Shown here: piece by piece, positions 4,820-6,952 of the stretch | Layout of the letters: the number at the start of each line of letters is the position of its first letter | Position numbering within the stretch: position 1 is the stretch's first letter | DNA from: a virus | Taxonomy: Duplodnaviria > Heunggongvirae > Uroviricota > Caudoviricetes | Virus record (IMG/VR): IMGVR_UViG_3300000289_000189 | DNA: 6,952 nt | Strand: one strand, 5' to 3' | Notes under the pieces: generated by a model | Seen by the model: the letters and a program-made list of their open reading frames with translations, nothing else | Databases searched by the model: none | What the model was told of the DNA's origin: nothing | Program-made: the position numbers and the translations under genes

Positions 4820-6952
4820 TTACTGCAACAGCGAAATATCCGCAACGCGCAGGAACAGTTCGCGCAGTTTCTCCAGCATGGTCAGACGGTTGAGACGNNN
4901 NNNNNNNNNNNNNNNNNNNNNNNNNNNNNNNNNNNNNNNNNNNNNNNNNNNNNNNNNNNNNNNNNNNNNNGTCATCAACCATGACCATCACTTTATCGAA
5001 GAAAGCATCGACCGGTTCACGCAGCTCTGCCAGTTCGACCAGCGCATCCTGGTAACGACCTTCCGCAAAGTACGGCTCCAGCTTGTCACGTAGCACCACC
5101 ACCTGCATCGCCAGTTTAATTTCTTCCGGCTCTTTCAGAGTAGAGGCATTCACGCGATCGCTCAGCACTTCGTCAGATTTCGCCAGGATGTTAGATACAC
5201 GTTTGTTCGCCGCCGCCAGTGCTGCAGCTGCTTCCAGGGTACGGAAGTGCGATACCGCTTTCATACGGGCATCGAAATCAGCCGGACGAGTCGGACGACG
5301 CGCCAGTACCGCCTGGATGGTGTCAACGGTATAACCTTCGTCCTGATACCAGGCGCGGAAGCGACCGAGCATAAAGTCGATAACATCATCAACTACGTTG
5401 GCATTAGTCAGCTTATCGCCATACAGACGCACCGCTTCTTCGGTCAGCGTTTGCAGATCAAGGTTGAGGTTCTTCTCAACGATAATTCGCAGCACGCCAA
5501 GTGCGGCACGACGCAGCGCAAACGGGTCTTTGTCGCCTTTCGGATGCTGGCCGATACCGAAGATACCCGCCAGAGTATCCATCTTGTCAGCAATCGCCAG
5601 CGCACAGGCTACCGGGTTAGACGGCAGGTCATCACCGGCAAAGCGCGGCTGATACTGCTCATTCAGCGCCACCGCGACATCTTCCGCTTCGCCATCGTGA
5701 CGCGCATAGTGCATCCCCATAACGCCCTGGGTGTCGGTGAACTCGAAGACCATGTTGGTCATCAGGTCGCACTTAGACAGCAGACCCGCACGGGTAGCGT
5801 GGTTAACGTCAGCGCCAATCTGTTCAGCAATCCAGCCAGCCAGCGCCTGGATGCGGTCAGTTTTGTCGCGCAGCGTCCCCAACTGTTGCTGGAACAACAC
5901 GGTTTGCAGGCGCGGCAGGTTATCTTCAAGACGTTTTTTACGGTCGGTGTTGAAGAAGAACTCGGCATCCGCCAGACGCGGACGAACGACTTTCTCGTTA
6001 CCAGAGATAATTTGCTGCGGATCTTTCGATTCGATGTTGGCAACGAAGATAAAGTTCGGCAGCAGTTTGCCGTCGTTCGCATACACCGGGAAGTATTTCT
6101 GGTCACCTTTCATGGTGTAAACCAGCGCTTCAGCCGGCACCGCGAGGAATTTCTCTTCGAATTTTGCGGTCAGAACGACCGGCCACTCCACCAGCGAAGC
6201 CACTTCTTCCAGCAGGCTTTCGCTTAAGTCAGCGTTACCGCCAATCTTACGCGCTGCTTCTTCGGCATCGGCTTTAATCTTCGCCTTACGTTCTTCGTAA
6301 TCGGCGATGACTTTCCCACGCTCACGCAGAANNNNNNNNNNNNNNNNNNNNNNNNNNNNNNNNNNNNNNNNNNNNNNNNNNNNNNNNNNNNNNNNNNNNN
6401 NNNNNNNNNNNNNNNNNNNNNNNNNNNNNNNNNNNNNNNNNNNNNNNNNNNNNNNNNNNNNNNNNNNNNNNNNNNNNNNNNNNNNNNNNNNNNNNTTGCC
6501 GGAATGACTTTGTCGCCCAGCAGCAGGGTCACGGTGTGCACCGGACGCACGAAGTGCACGTCGCTTGCGCCCCAACGCATCAGTTTCGGGATCGGCAGTT
6601 TCGCCAGAGAAGTCGCAACCATATTCGGCAGCAGTGCTTCGGTGCTTTCGCCCTTCACATGGGCGCGATACAGCAGCCATTCGCCTTTATCGGTAGTCAG
6701 ACGCTCAGCCTGGTCAACGGTAATACCGCAACCACGCGCCCAACCTTCTGCCGCTTTGCTCGGTTTGCCTTCAGCGTCGAACGCCTGGGCAATCGCCGGG
6801 CCGCGTTTTTCGATTTCACGATCCGGTTGCGCTTCCGCCAGGTTAGCTACTTTCAGCGCCAGACGACGCGGAGCAGCAAACCATTGAACGGTGCCGTGTG
6901 CGAGGCCAGCGTTATCCAGCTCCGCAGTAAAATTCGCAGCAAAGGACTCAGC
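4820..6952 (-). CDS. glyS: Glycine--tRNA ligase beta subunit, 3' ~80% (N-terminus beyond window end); interrupted by N-runs 4898-4970 and 6332-6495 with frame changes
   Basis: Minus-strand translation: C-terminal ...[25 protein letters not shown] with stop TAA at complement of 4820-4822. Long middle segment (4971-6331) [31 protein letters not shown]...[10 protein letters not shown]. Upper segment (6496-6952) [152 protein letters not shown]. All match E. coli GlyS as I recall it. Confidence 0.93.

Noticed and set aside
5247-6227. 326-aa ORF on the + strand
   Set aside because: Lies entirely antisense to glyS, whose translation is unambiguous; its residue composition is typical of the reverse frame of a highly expressed gene. 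Other + strand ORFs within glyS (4754..4984, 4878..5093, 5083..5334, 5398..5652, 5731..6120, 6504..6887) and the minus-strand ORF 5762..6106 (out of frame with glyS) are rejected for the same reason.

Overview
The window reads as a conserved enterobacterial (Escherichia coli / Shigella-type) chromosomal segment with gene order yiaD (3' part) > ghrB > < yiaF, yiaG > cspA > < hokA/mok (with putative sokA) < glyS (3' ~80%). All identifications rest on recognising the translated proteins and on sequence features read by eye; no database search was run. I do not see a novel or undescribed system in the visible sequence. The only system-like element is the known hok/sok-family type I toxin-antitoxin locus (hokA), which here shows no visible insertion sequence. 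Ten N-runs (10 to 169 nt) interrupt the window. Reading frames of ghrB, yiaG and glyS shift across them, so the N-runs are not length-preserving and the six-frame ORFs that span them are artefacts. A 112-bp segment is duplicated (2 mismatches) immediately on both sides of the 10-N run at the ghrB/yiaF junction, most likely an unmerged contig overlap. Other visible features are the complete cspA cold-shock regulatory region, terminators at the convergent gene junctions, and two small palindromes in the yiaF-yiaG divergent intergenic region.
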